DNA from: an uncultured candidate division WWE3 bacterium
GTDB lineage: Bacteria; Patescibacteriota; WWE3; UBA101185; UBA10185
Assembly (NCBI GenBank): GCA_903879985.1
Contig: CAIRNR010000007.1
Span: forward strand, 151,665 to 215,664
Length of the DNA stretch: 64,000 nucleotides
Reading direction: 5' to 3'
This document shows, piece by piece, positions 17,125 to 25,543 of this stretch; position 1 is the first letter of the stretch, and each line of letters opens with the position of its first letter. Below the pieces are notes generated by a model, which saw only the letters and a list, made by a program, of their open reading frames with translations, did not search any database and was not told the origin of the DNA. Both the position numbers and the translations under genes were made by a program.

Positions 17125-18278
17125 AAAGTCATTTCCTTGTAAATTTTTAAATGCATTTTTGCTACGTTATTCCAGCTTCTTCTTTCGGCCTTAGCTCGGG
17201 AGGCATTCTCAAAATTAAGTACCGCATCAGGATTTTTTTCAAGAAAACTAAAAGCCTGATCCCAATTGGCATTATCAACAACATAGCCGTCCAAATTATG
17301 AGTTACTTCTTCATTAAGATTAGGTACATCAGAGGCAACAACGCAACGTCCAAATCCCAGAGCTACAGACATTGGACCACTTGCAGCAATACTTATTTTA
17401 GCAGGAATTAAAAAAACATATGCTTCTGAAAAATATTTTTTAAGAGCATCCTCGTTTAAAAAACCAGTGTACATAACCTGAGAATCTAACCCCAAATTTT
17501 TCACCATATCCTTTACTTCTGAGTACGCAAATTCTTGTCCGGGAATTACTCCCCCGCCTAAGACAAGTTTAATTGGATTTTCCGATTCCTTTAAATACCG
17601 CGCATACCCAGTTAAAACATTTTCTAATCCTTTTCGTTTTGCTAAATATCCAAAGTAAAAAAAGTATTTCTTTTTTTGTTCTAAATCTGCGGGTGTTACA
17701 TTCTCAAAAACATTTACTCCGTGAGGAATAACCTCAATTTTCTTTGCGGAAACGTGGTAATTAGTAATTAGCAAATTTTTTATAAAATTAGTATGAACAA
17801 TAACTTTGTTTGAAAATAACCCAGTGAAGAAATTAATATACAAGAATACTAATTTGAGTAAACCTACAGGTATTTTAGAATCTTCACCTTTAAATGATTT
17901 TACAAAATCAGCATCAATCATTTTTAAGGGAACTCCTGCATGAATGGTTGTAATCACTTTAATTCCAAGCAAACGCGTTAGAAAAACTAACCATGGAAAT
18001 TGCAGAGCAGTTATTCCACCACCAAACATATTTATTTCGTGTTGGTAATGTACAACTGCGGGTCTAATTTTAATTAGCTGTTTTAATATTTGGAAAACAA
18101 ACATTGGGTTTTTGTCCCAAACCAAATTCACTTTGTCAGCAAATTCTAGTTTTTTGTTTTTAGGATCATTATCAGAAAATACTAACAAATCACATCCGTT
18201 TTCTAATAACCCATTGCTCAAAAACTGTGAGTAATTACTGAAAGGTTGTAATGTCGTAACCATAACTACTTTAGACAT
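17121..18278 (-). CDS. Glycosyltransferase family 4, atypical (ASGP in place of the E-x7-E motif)
   Basis: VHYQHE, ITTIH, IPHG, FFGYLAKRKGLE and RSW motifs. Confidence 0.85.
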   Translation of the reverse strand: MSKVVMVTTLQPFSNYSQFLSNGLLENGCDLLVFSDNDPKNKKLEFADKVNLVWDKNPMFVFQILKQLIKIRPAVVHYQHEINMFGGGITALQFPWLVFLTRLLGIKVITTIHAGVPLKMIDADFVKSFKGEDSKIPVGLLKLVFLYINFFTGLFSNKVIVHTNFIKNLLITNYHVSAKKIEVIPHGVNVFENVTPADLEQKKKYFFYFGYLAKRKGLENVLTGYARYLKESENPIKLVLGGGVIPGQEFAYSEVKDMVKNLGLDSQVMYTGFLNEDALKKYFSEAYVFLIPAKISIAASGPMSVALGFGRCVVASDVPNLNEEVTHNLDGYVVDNANWDQAFSFLEKNPDAVLNFENASRAKAERRSWNNVAKMHLKIYKEMTL

Positions 18279-18286
18279 ATAGTTTG

Positions 18287-18292
18287 ATTATA
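18287..18292 (-). promoter_or_regulatory. -10 box (TATAAT) 8 nt before the ATG at 18278
   Basis: Minus strand reads cttgTATAATcaaactatATG. Confidence 0.6.
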
Positions 18293-18343
18293 CAAGCTCT
18301 ACGTAGATACTACATAATACTGCAAATGCCGTAACCCTATAGT

Positions 18344-18403
18344 TTGACCATATTTGAAATATAATATATAGTATCCAAAAATCGGAATCTTATAAGAAAG
18401 GAG
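18344..18403 (+). promoter_or_regulatory. Sigma70-type promoter and Shine-Dalgarno of the orphan gene
   Basis: TTGACC (18344-49), 17 nt, TATAGT (18367-72); AAAGGAG (18397-403) 7 nt before the ATG at 18411. Confidence 0.7.
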
Positions 18404-18410
18404 CAAACGA

Positions 18411-18740
18411 ATGGCTTTCCCAATAACCCCAAACAACAGCGTCAGAAGTATGACAGTTGAAAACGACGGTCCTGACAACGTACTCATCACAGTAAAGTAC
18501 GATAGCCGCTATGGTACAGGTGCAACGGTGTCCAAAGCTAAACTAGAACAGGTTTTGATGTCCAAAAAAGCTGTTATAGAAATTGGCGGGCCAACACTCT
18601 TGCGAATTATCCGCAAAATCGGAGACGGAAGACGCATCCCTACAACACTGTGGTTCTACTTTAAACCAGTAGAAAACAGCTATAACTTATGCGTTATTTG
18701 CGAACAGGATTTGAAAGATGCCCTAAAAGCCTGCAGCTAA
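18411..18740 (+). CDS. Hypothetical 109-aa soluble protein
   Basis: Fills the gap between two GT4 genes and has its own promoter, strong SD and terminator. No family recognised. Confidence 0.8.
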   Translation: MAFPITPNNSVRSMTVENDGPDNVLITVKYDSRYGTGATVSKAKLEQVLMSKKAVIEIGGPTLLRIIRKIGDGRRIPTTLWFYFKPVENSYNLCVICEQDLKDALKACS

Positions 18741-18751
18741 TACACGCAATG

Positions 18752-18794
18752 ATACGGTATAAAGGATTAATTTCCCGAATACCGTATATTTTTT
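18752..18794 (+). terminator. Intrinsic terminator of the orphan gene
   Basis: ATACGGTAT (18752-60) pairs with ATACCGTAT (18779-87) as a 9-bp stem, followed by T6. Confidence 0.65.
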
Positions 18795-18820
18795 GCTTAA
18801 ATTGGCTTTAATAGTATTAT
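18793..18820 (+). promoter_or_regulatory. Promoter of the plus-strand GT4 at 18831
   Basis: TTGCTT, 16 nt, TATTAT; the -10 box is 10 nt before the ATG. Confidence 0.45.
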
Positions 18821-18830
18821 CAAAAGAAAT

Positions 18831-20012
18831 ATGAAAATACTTTACCTAATTAACGGACTAGGATTCTCCGATAACACAGGAATAGGTGGCGCAGATAAAC
18901 GCGCAGTAGAAATCGCACGACAATCAAACCAATTTAGCGTTTTAACCACTGCATCTGGATATAACTTATTTAAAAATAACGAAGGATTGGACACAACCTA
19001 TTACACAATAAACCAACCAAGCTTTTGGCCTAAGGGAATAAATAAAAATCTGATAGGGCGTATGCTTTCCTATATTTACGCAACTTTTGCATCACTTACA
19101 TATGCAAGTAAAGTAAAAAATTACGACATGTATTTTCCAAGCTCTGATTTTTTCTTTGACGTAATACCCGCTTATTTTTTTAAACTTGCTAATCACAAAA
19201 AGCTGGTTTGTGTGATTCATCATCATATTCAAAATCCATTTAAACGAAAAGGACCCTTGTTGGTTAATATGCTTCTTTTTTTACTGCAACAGCTTAGTAT
19301 TATTTTTTTAAAAGTCACAGCGGAAGCAATATTCTTATACGACACTCCAGAAGGACACTACATTGCTGAAAACTTGCTGAAAAGTTACAAAGGCAAAATA
19401 TTTTTTATGAAAAACGGCATAAGTGTTGAAGCAATTGATAGTGTTCCCACTCAAGAAAAGATTTACGATGCGTGTTTTGTCGGAGGAATAAGACCAAGCA
19501 AAGGTATCGCAGATTTTGTAAAGATTTGGAAAAGTGTAACCGCAGAGATTCCTAAAGCAAAATTTGCCGTTATAGGCGGTGGAAGTGAAGAAAATGTAAA
19601 CAAGCTTAAAGAGGAAATTTATCAGGCGGGACTGCAAGAAAATATTATTTTATTTGGACCACTTAGCGGAAGTGCTGTTTACAAAATTCTAAAGCAAAGC
19701 AAAGTTTTCATGTCCCCAAGTTACGAAGAAGGTTGGGGAATTGCCGTATGCGAAGCGATGTATTGCGAGCTACCGATTGTTTGTTATGATCTTCCCGCAT
19801 ACAAGGTGTTTGGCACGGGTTTGAAAAAGGTTGAGGTTGGAAATTACGAAGAGTTCGCTAAGAATATTCTGGCGTTGTTAAAAGATCCAAAGATGTCTTC
19901 AGAGATTGGCATCCAACTAAAAAATATAGCTGGAAATTTTACTTGGAAAAATATTGCAAAGGAGGATAGTGAATTCCTAAGTCAAATACTACAGGGTACT
20001 ATAATAGTATAA
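18831..20012 (+). CDS. Glycosyltransferase family 4
   Basis: GGADKR, FVGGIRPSKG, PSYEEGWGIAVCEAM and FTW motifs. Confidence 0.92.
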   Translation: MKILYLINGLGFSDNTGIGGADKRAVEIARQSNQFSVLTTASGYNLFKNNEGLDTTYYTINQPSFWPKGINKNLIGRMLSYIYATFASLTYASKVKNYDMYFPSSDFFFDVIPAYFFKLANHKKLVCVIHHHIQNPFKRKGPLLVNMLLFLLQQLSIIFLKVTAEAIFLYDTPEGHYIAENLLKSYKGKIFFMKNGISVEAIDSVPTQEKIYDACFVGGIRPSKGIADFVKIWKSVTAEIPKAKFAVIGGGSEENVNKLKEEIYQAGLQENIILFGPLSGSAVYKILKQSKVFMSPSYEEGWGIAVCEAMYCELPIVCYDLPAYKVFGTGLKKVEVGNYEEFAKNILALLKDPKMSSEIGIQLKNIAGNFTWKNIAKEDSEFLSQILQGTIIV

Positions 20013-20958
20013 AACCTTCAAAAAAGCCCGAAATACCACGTAATTGGCTTAAATCACGTAATCTAAGCGCACTATAAACCCAGTATAGGTTCAATACCTT
20101 TATGTTAATAATTGCCCCGATCCAACCGCGTAAACTCTTTGGACGCACGTCTTTTCGATAAAACATGCCTGTATCCTTTCCAATAAAATAAGCATTTCTA
20201 GAAGGACCGAGCCTCATAAAATGTTTAGCCGAAACTAAAGGACTAAAAATAATTTTAAACCCTGCAGCTTTTACCCTTATAAATAAATCTCCGTCGGCGT
20301 GATTAAAATTAAATCTTTCATCAAACCCGCCGATTTTTTCTATGATACTTCGGCGTGTGCCCATACTTGTTGTTGTAGCCAAATCTATCTCTTGTCTATC
20401 AAAGTTAACTGCTTCTGGCAACGCTGTCCCCAAACTATATGCGCCGCTCTCAAAAAAATATCCTGGTTTCAAAATATTTCCTTCGGCAACTATATTTAAA
20501 TATGGCCAAGCAATAATTTTCATTACCAAGTTCTTTTGACTGGCCAAATACAATCGATGCATTTCACCAACAGGATAACATTGAGACGGAAGTGGCCCGG
20601 TTATAACTCCAATCTTTTCATCTCCATTAAGTTCTGCCACAATTCCTTCAAGCCAAGTTTTATCGGCTTCGGCGTCATCAGCTAAATAACCAAGTAGTTC
20701 TGTGTCAGCATTTTTCCACCCCAAATTAAAAAGATAAGATAATCTTTTTTTAGGATCGCAAATTACGCGCAAATTGTCATCAGGATATTCGGAAACAATA
20801 TCTTTAATTTTGGAATCGTCTGCAAAGTTTTCGATAATTAGAATTTTAAAATCTTTGTAATTTTGGTTAGTAATTGAGTTTAAAGCTCTTTCCAGATCTT
20901 CTCTTCGACCATTACGTGGATATGTATTAATGATTACTGTAACGGTTTTTTCTTGCAT
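19999..20958 (-). CDS. Glycosyltransferase family 2
   Basis: VTVIINTY, NLGWKNA, YLADDA and IGGFDERF motifs. Confidence 0.88.
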   Translation of the reverse strand: MQEKTVTVIINTYPRNGRREDLERALNSITNQNYKDFKILIIENFADDSKIKDIVSEYPDDNLRVICDPKKRLSYLFNLGWKNADTELLGYLADDAEADKTWLEGIVAELNGDEKIGVITGPLPSQCYPVGEMHRLYLASQKNLVMKIIAWPYLNIVAEGNILKPGYFFESGAYSLGTALPEAVNFDRQEIDLATTTSMGTRRSIIEKIGGFDERFNFNHADGDLFIRVKAAGFKIIFSPLVSAKHFMRLGPSRNAYFIGKDTGMFYRKDVRPKSLRGWIGAIINIKVLNLYWVYSALRLRDLSQLRGISGFFEGFILL

Positions 20959-21611
20959 TTCATTATTATAGTAGCACCAAGCTCAGGAAACAGCGATGCG
21001 AGTGAAGTAAAACTAAGGCGTCCGGCATTATCAAAATTAATAACGTCCGATGTATATTCTTCAACATAAAAACCATTTTTTTCTAACAAACCTTTTAACG
21101 AAGATTCTACAAAATATCTCAAATGGCCGGCAGCTTTTTCGTCATAAGAAACTTCGGTTAAAGGATTTAAACCCGCCAACAAAAGTATGCGTCGTCCAAA
21201 GGAGGCTAAGTTTGGTGTCGTAACTACTAAAAATCCTGTATCCGTTAGCGCGTTATAAATTTTAGTAAGAAGTCCATCGGTATCAATAACATGTTCTATT
21301 AATTCTCCACAAAGTACACAATCAAACTTTTGATCAAATGGAATTTCTTCATGCTCAATATCACAAACTTTTACAGGTAAACCTTTTTGTACGCAAATGT
21401 CCACACAAGTTTTCGACATTTCTACGCCATAAACTTCGTTACCCTTTTGTTTAATTAATAAACTGATGTCTCCTTTAAAACAGCCTAAGTCTAAAACGCT
21501 TTTTCCTGTGCCTATTAATTTTGCTATTTTTTGTATTCGAATATCATTTACATTAACTGATTCTGCAGTGCTGTACCTTTTTTCGTTAAAGTCTTTTATA
21601 TCTGCAAACAT
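20934..21611 (-). CDS. Class I SAM-dependent methyltransferase
   Basis: VLDLGCFKG, FDCVLCGELIEH, VTTPN and HLRYF motifs. Confidence 0.9.
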   Translation of the reverse strand: MFADIKDFNEKRYSTAESVNVNDIRIQKIAKLIGTGKSVLDLGCFKGDISLLIKQKGNEVYGVEMSKTCVDICVQKGLPVKVCDIEHEEIPFDQKFDCVLCGELIEHVIDTDGLLTKIYNALTDTGFLVVTTPNLASFGRRILLLAGLNPLTEVSYDEKAAGHLRYFVESSLKGLLEKNGFYVEEYTSDVINFDNAGRLSFTSLASLFPELGATIIMKCKKKPLQ

Positions 21612-22060
21612 TAAAGTGTTCCCCTTGTAAATGCAGTTAATGAAAAATTAGTTAATAATCTAAAGGTCATAAAGTATGAAAACGGACCGACGCTGTTTGT
21701 AACTTGATCTAAACATAAATGTAAAAACATTCCTAACGCTAAAGAATAAAAGAAATATTGTTTTTTTGTAACATGCCCAAGCAGAACCAAACCTAATAGC
21801 CATTCCCACGCATGAAAAATAATAAATGCCCTACCCGAAGCTATGTACGATGCTCCTGTGATAAAGCGCATTAGGTTAAAACCAAAACCTGAATTTAAAA
21901 AGTAATCTATTAAATGATCAAGATCTATAAAGAACCCGCCCATTATTACTAAAGCTGCCGACAAGTATTTTTTATACTTTTTATAGCAATACACCGCGCC
22001 AATTATTGCTAACGACATGTGACCTATTTCTGTGAGTATGAAATGTAGCATGTTGTTCAT
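21611..22060 (-). CDS. Small membrane protein, putative metal-dependent hydrolase (YdjM/DUF457-like)
   Basis: About 4 TM segments carrying the H, DLDH, FH and HxxxD pattern. Confidence 0.6.
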   Translation of the reverse strand: MNNMLHFILTEIGHMSLAIIGAVYCYKKYKKYLSAALVIMGGFFIDLDHLIDYFLNSGFGFNLMRFITGASYIASGRAFIIFHAWEWLLGLVLLGHVTKKQYFFYSLALGMFLHLCLDQVTNSVGPFSYFMTFRLLTNFSLTAFTRGTL

Positions 22061-22061
22061 T

Positions 22062-23657
22062 CTACTTTGTTTCCGGGGAAGAAAACATACTTTTTAGTGC
22101 CGCCATCCAAAATTTTGGAGACCACCAACTTATTTTTGTTTGGTTTTTATCAAAGTCTAACAAGTGAGCTAAAAGTTTCCATGCGCTGTAAAAAAGAAAC
22201 TTAACGTCGTTTAAGTCACGCACACCTATAACACGTCTGAAAATGTATTGTGGCGAGAAAAACGCCGAATACAACGACTGTGTGAGTTCGTACAACCGTT
22301 CGTTTGAAAACGGCACTTTCATCACTGGTGCGCGCATATCAAAAGCTTCATAATCCGTTGGATCTACAGTGAGCCAGTCTTTTTCAATACATTCTTTATA
22401 AAGCGGTGTACCAGGATAAGGAATTACAATAGTCGCCTGCATAGTTTCGACATAACCCTTTTTAAACAAATCCTTGGCCATATTAATAGTGTTTAAAGCC
22501 ATTTCTTCAGTTTCCCAAGGATAACCAAGCATAATCGTTAAATGTGGTTCTAAACCAGCTTTTCTGGCCATTTTTACACCTTGTTCTATTTCTTCAACCT
22601 TTAAGCCTTTATCTAACTTATCCAAAGTAAATTGGTTTGCTGATTCCATACCGTACAAAATAAATCTAAAGTTAGCCTTACCCATTAAATCGTAATATTC
22701 TTGGGTTAGAGCATTTAAACGCATGTTGCAGCTGTATACAGCTTTTTTGCTGTAACCGGATTCAATCATAAGCTCACAAAACTTCTTTAAAGGTGGACCA
22801 ACAAATAATGTGCCAGCATCATCAAAAATTTCTTTTACTCCATATTTATCAACAACATACTTAACTTCGGCAAACAAACGTTCAGGTGAAAAACGTCGAT
22901 AAGACTTTAATGGGTTAATAGTGTGATCCCAAACACAAAACGTACAACGATTCCACCAGCAATCACGACCTGAATACATATATGTTGCAGGTTTATATTT
23001 ATAATTTCCATTTTCGTAGGCATACAATTCCCAATGAGTGAGATCGCGATCGATAAAAGGTAACTCGTCTAGCTTGTGCTCAAGATGCAATGGGCCTGAT
23101 TTCCAATACTCTGTTTTACCGGAATTTTCGTGCTTAACCCATTCAGGATCTAAATGAACGCGACTGTCATTTTTACGACCATAAATTCCGCCTGGTAACA
23201 TTGTTCCTTTTGTAATAGAGTCGGCCAAGTCGGATAACAAAAAGTCATAATCACCACCTGTAATAATATAATCAACTTTGCAATTTTCTAAAGTTTCAAG
23301 CGGCTTCCAAGTTACATGATCCCCCACCAAAACCACTAAAAGATTTGGCAATTTCGATTTTATTTCATCAACTATTTTCCAGTGTTTTTTTAAAACCGGA
23401 GCTTTTGTTTCGAGTAATAAAATATCGGGAGATTCCTTAAGTAATTCTTCAAGCCAGTCAGAATAGCTTTTTTTTTCAGCGATACCGTCTAACCAAACCA
23501 CATCGTAGCCTCGTTGTTTTGCCAAAGAAGCAGCATACGCAGGTACCATAGGATAAATGTAAGTTGGCGCATTAAAGTACTGAAATTGTCTATTCTGCGA
23601 CAGCAAGGGTACACCTTTTTCTTGTTCTAGTGGTGCATAACCAATGGCAATTTTCAT
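22062..23657 (-). CDS. B12-binding-domain radical SAM protein (BchE/HpnJ-like)
   Basis: N-terminal Rossmann-like domain (AYAASL, VLVGDHVT, VDYII), RDCWWNRCTFC, GMESAN and PYPGTPLY motifs. Start moved to the ATG at 23657 (MKIAIG). Confidence 0.9.
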   Translation of the reverse strand: MKIAIGYAPLEQEKGVPLLSQNRQFQYFNAPTYIYPMVPAYAASLAKQRGYDVVWLDGIAEKKSYSDWLEELLKESPDILLLETKAPVLKKHWKIVDEIKSKLPNLLVVLVGDHVTWKPLETLENCKVDYIITGGDYDFLLSDLADSITKGTMLPGGIYGRKNDSRVHLDPEWVKHENSGKTEYWKSGPLHLEHKLDELPFIDRDLTHWELYAYENGNYKYKPATYMYSGRDCWWNRCTFCVWDHTINPLKSYRRFSPERLFAEVKYVVDKYGVKEIFDDAGTLFVGPPLKKFCELMIESGYSKKAVYSCNMRLNALTQEYYDLMGKANFRFILYGMESANQFTLDKLDKGLKVEEIEQGVKMARKAGLEPHLTIMLGYPWETEEMALNTINMAKDLFKKGYVETMQATIVIPYPGTPLYKECIEKDWLTVDPTDYEAFDMRAPVMKVPFSNERLYELTQSLYSAFFSPQYIFRRVIGVRDLNDVKFLFYSAWKLLAHLLDFDKNQTKISWWSPKFWMAALKSMFSSPETK

Positions 23658-23663
23658 ATGGTT

Positions 23664-23669
23664 AGTATA
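23664..23669 (-). promoter_or_regulatory. -10 box (TATACT) 6 nt before the radical SAM ATG
   Basis: Minus strand reads cacTATACTaaccatATG. Confidence 0.55.
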
Positions 23670-23694
23670 GTGGTTAGTGACGTCATTGTACATT

Positions 23695-24717
23695 TTACCC
23701 GCCTAAGTATTTGCCGGAAGCGTCGTCAACACTACGTAATTCTAACTTTGGTCTTTTTAATAAACCTAAAATAAAGTTAAAACCATAAGTAGCGTGAATT
23801 AGCACAAATCCCCAAAAAGCTATAAAAAACACAAAAGGTCCGTGTTTAATTTCTTTGTACGCAATCTTTGTAGTTTCATAAGTTACAAACCAAAAATAAA
23901 GCATTATCAAAAAAAGCATCACAAATCTAAAAGGAAAACTGAAGATACATAAAATAGCACCAATGATTCCAACTAAAATAACAAATGACGGAACAAAGTA
24001 AGCGGGAATTCTTGACGTTGCAGGATACGTACGTGCAAATTGCCCGCGTTGTCGCCCATACCTGGAAATTTGCTTTAAAAATGGTAAGTATAAGTCGCGT
24101 CGATGATGATATACAATAATCGAAGGATCATAGATAAAATCTTTTTTCTTAAGTTTAATTAAATCCAAACAAAGTTTTGTATCTTCACCGGGCCAAAACG
24201 CTTCATCAAAACCACCTACTTTAATAAAAGCTTCTTTTTCTACGAACAAATTTACCGACGGATAATCATTAATATTTCTTCTATCCCGAGGAACATGGCG
24301 ATACGTTGTAAAACCACCGGAAAGCCACGACTCTAAAATATCGCCCGAAAGTTTTTCGCGCACACCTGCGTCGGGTGGTGTCATCGCAGGTCCGCCAAGT
24401 GCATATGTACCTGTTTCGTCAAAAACACTTTTCGCATTTTTTAGCCAATTCTTTGCCGGAAATGCATCATCATCTAAAAAGGCTAATATTTGGCCACGCG
24501 CTTTGTTAGCGCCTATATTTCTTTTTTTAGCAGGACCTACAGCGCCACTTTCCAAAAAAGTAACTTCAGGATAAAGATGCATTACCTCGTTGTCCAAAGA
24601 ATCTAAAATTACGATTGTTTCAAATTCCTTAAATGTCTGATTGGCCAAAGCCTTTAATATTTCTTTTAAGTAAGGATTAAATTTTCTAACCGGAATAACA
24701 ACGCTAAATTTTGTCAT
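23695..24717 (-). CDS. Glycosyltransferase family 2 with C-terminal TM helices
   Basis: FSVVIP, RNIG, AFLDDD, GGFD, GEDT and QxxRYG motifs; hydrophobic C-terminus. Confidence 0.9.
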   Translation of the reverse strand: MTKFSVVIPVRKFNPYLKEILKALANQTFKEFETIVILDSLDNEVMHLYPEVTFLESGAVGPAKKRNIGANKARGQILAFLDDDAFPAKNWLKNAKSVFDETGTYALGGPAMTPPDAGVREKLSGDILESWLSGGFTTYRHVPRDRRNINDYPSVNLFVEKEAFIKVGGFDEAFWPGEDTKLCLDLIKLKKKDFIYDPSIIVYHHRRDLYLPFLKQISRYGRQRGQFARTYPATSRIPAYFVPSFVILVGIIGAILCIFSFPFRFVMLFLIMLYFWFVTYETTKIAYKEIKHGPFVFFIAFWGFVLIHATYGFNFILGLLKRPKLELRSVDDASGKYLGG

Positions 24718-25543
24718 GTGATAATTCTCCTGTGTTTACACGCATCTCTAATTCTTTGTCGTAAATCCATTTACGTTTACTGGAGTCGTCATAATATTTT
24801 AGAATTTTAAGTCTATAGAAAATTGCGGCGGTATCTAATAACATAGCTCTAACATTCGGCTCAAAGATAAAGGTGAGTCCTATATTTGAGTTTTTACTAT
24901 CCCAAACTACAGTCACAGGAGCTTCGTATATTTTTTTAAAACCCAATCTATGTGCTACCGATAAAATCTCAACATCAAATGCAAAATTTTTAACTAACAC
25001 TCGGGGTAAGACTTTTTCCAATACTTCCCTTTTAAAAACTTTTAAACCTGTTTGGGTATCTTTAACTGGGATATCAAATAAAATTCGAACTAGCAAATGA
25101 TAAACCTCGCTATAAATCCTTCGAACTAAAGGATAAGATACTCGCGAAACCGGATGCCTTTTACTGCCAACAATAATATCAGCGTCATACCATTCCATAT
25201 GTTCTAAAAGCATTGATACACCTTTACGATCAATGTCCATGCCCGCATCTATGAAAGATATATAATACCCCGTCGCACGTACCATACCGTAGCGTATAGC
25301 ATAACCTTTGCCTTTGTTTGTTTCATATCCAAATACCTTTATACGAGGACCGGCCAGTTTTTTGACTTCATCAAAAGTTTTATCTAGAAAGCCATCAACA
25401 ACAACAATAATTTCATATTCCCAGCGAGTTAAAGCCATAGTTGCATCAACAGACTTAATATCTTCAAAAATGGTTTTTTCTTGTTTATAGGCAGGAATAA
25501 TAATCGAAACTTTTTTAGGTTGTGTGCTTGGTTTTTTGTGCAT
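24704..25543 (-). CDS. GT2, polyprenol-phosphate sugar synthase (DPG/DPM synthase-like)
   Basis: SIIIPAY, VVDG, NKGKGYA, FIDAG, GSKR, DTQTGLKVF and FAFDVE motifs. Confidence 0.88.
   Translation of the reverse strand: MHKKPSTQPKKVSIIIPAYKQEKTIFEDIKSVDATMALTRWEYEIIVVVDGFLDKTFDEVKKLAGPRIKVFGYETNKGKGYAIRYGMVRATGYYISFIDAGMDIDRKGVSMLLEHMEWYDADIIVGSKRHPVSRVSYPLVRRIYSEVYHLLVRILFDIPVKDTQTGLKVFKREVLEKVLPRVLVKNFAFDVEILSVAHRLGFKKIYEAPVTVVWDSKNSNIGLTFIFEPNVRAMLLDTAAIFYRLKILKYYDDSSKRKWIYDKELEMRVNTGELSHDKI

Noticed and set aside
18299-18490. 63-aa minus-strand ORF
   Set aside because: It overlaps the promoter and start of the better-supported plus-strand gene at 18411 and has no initiation signals.
13764-23677. 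Shared 11-mer CTAACCACTAT at 13764-13774 and, inverted, at 23667-23677, both near candidate promoters
   Set aside because: Only two copies, in opposite orientation relative to their genes; compatible with chance in AT-rich DNA.
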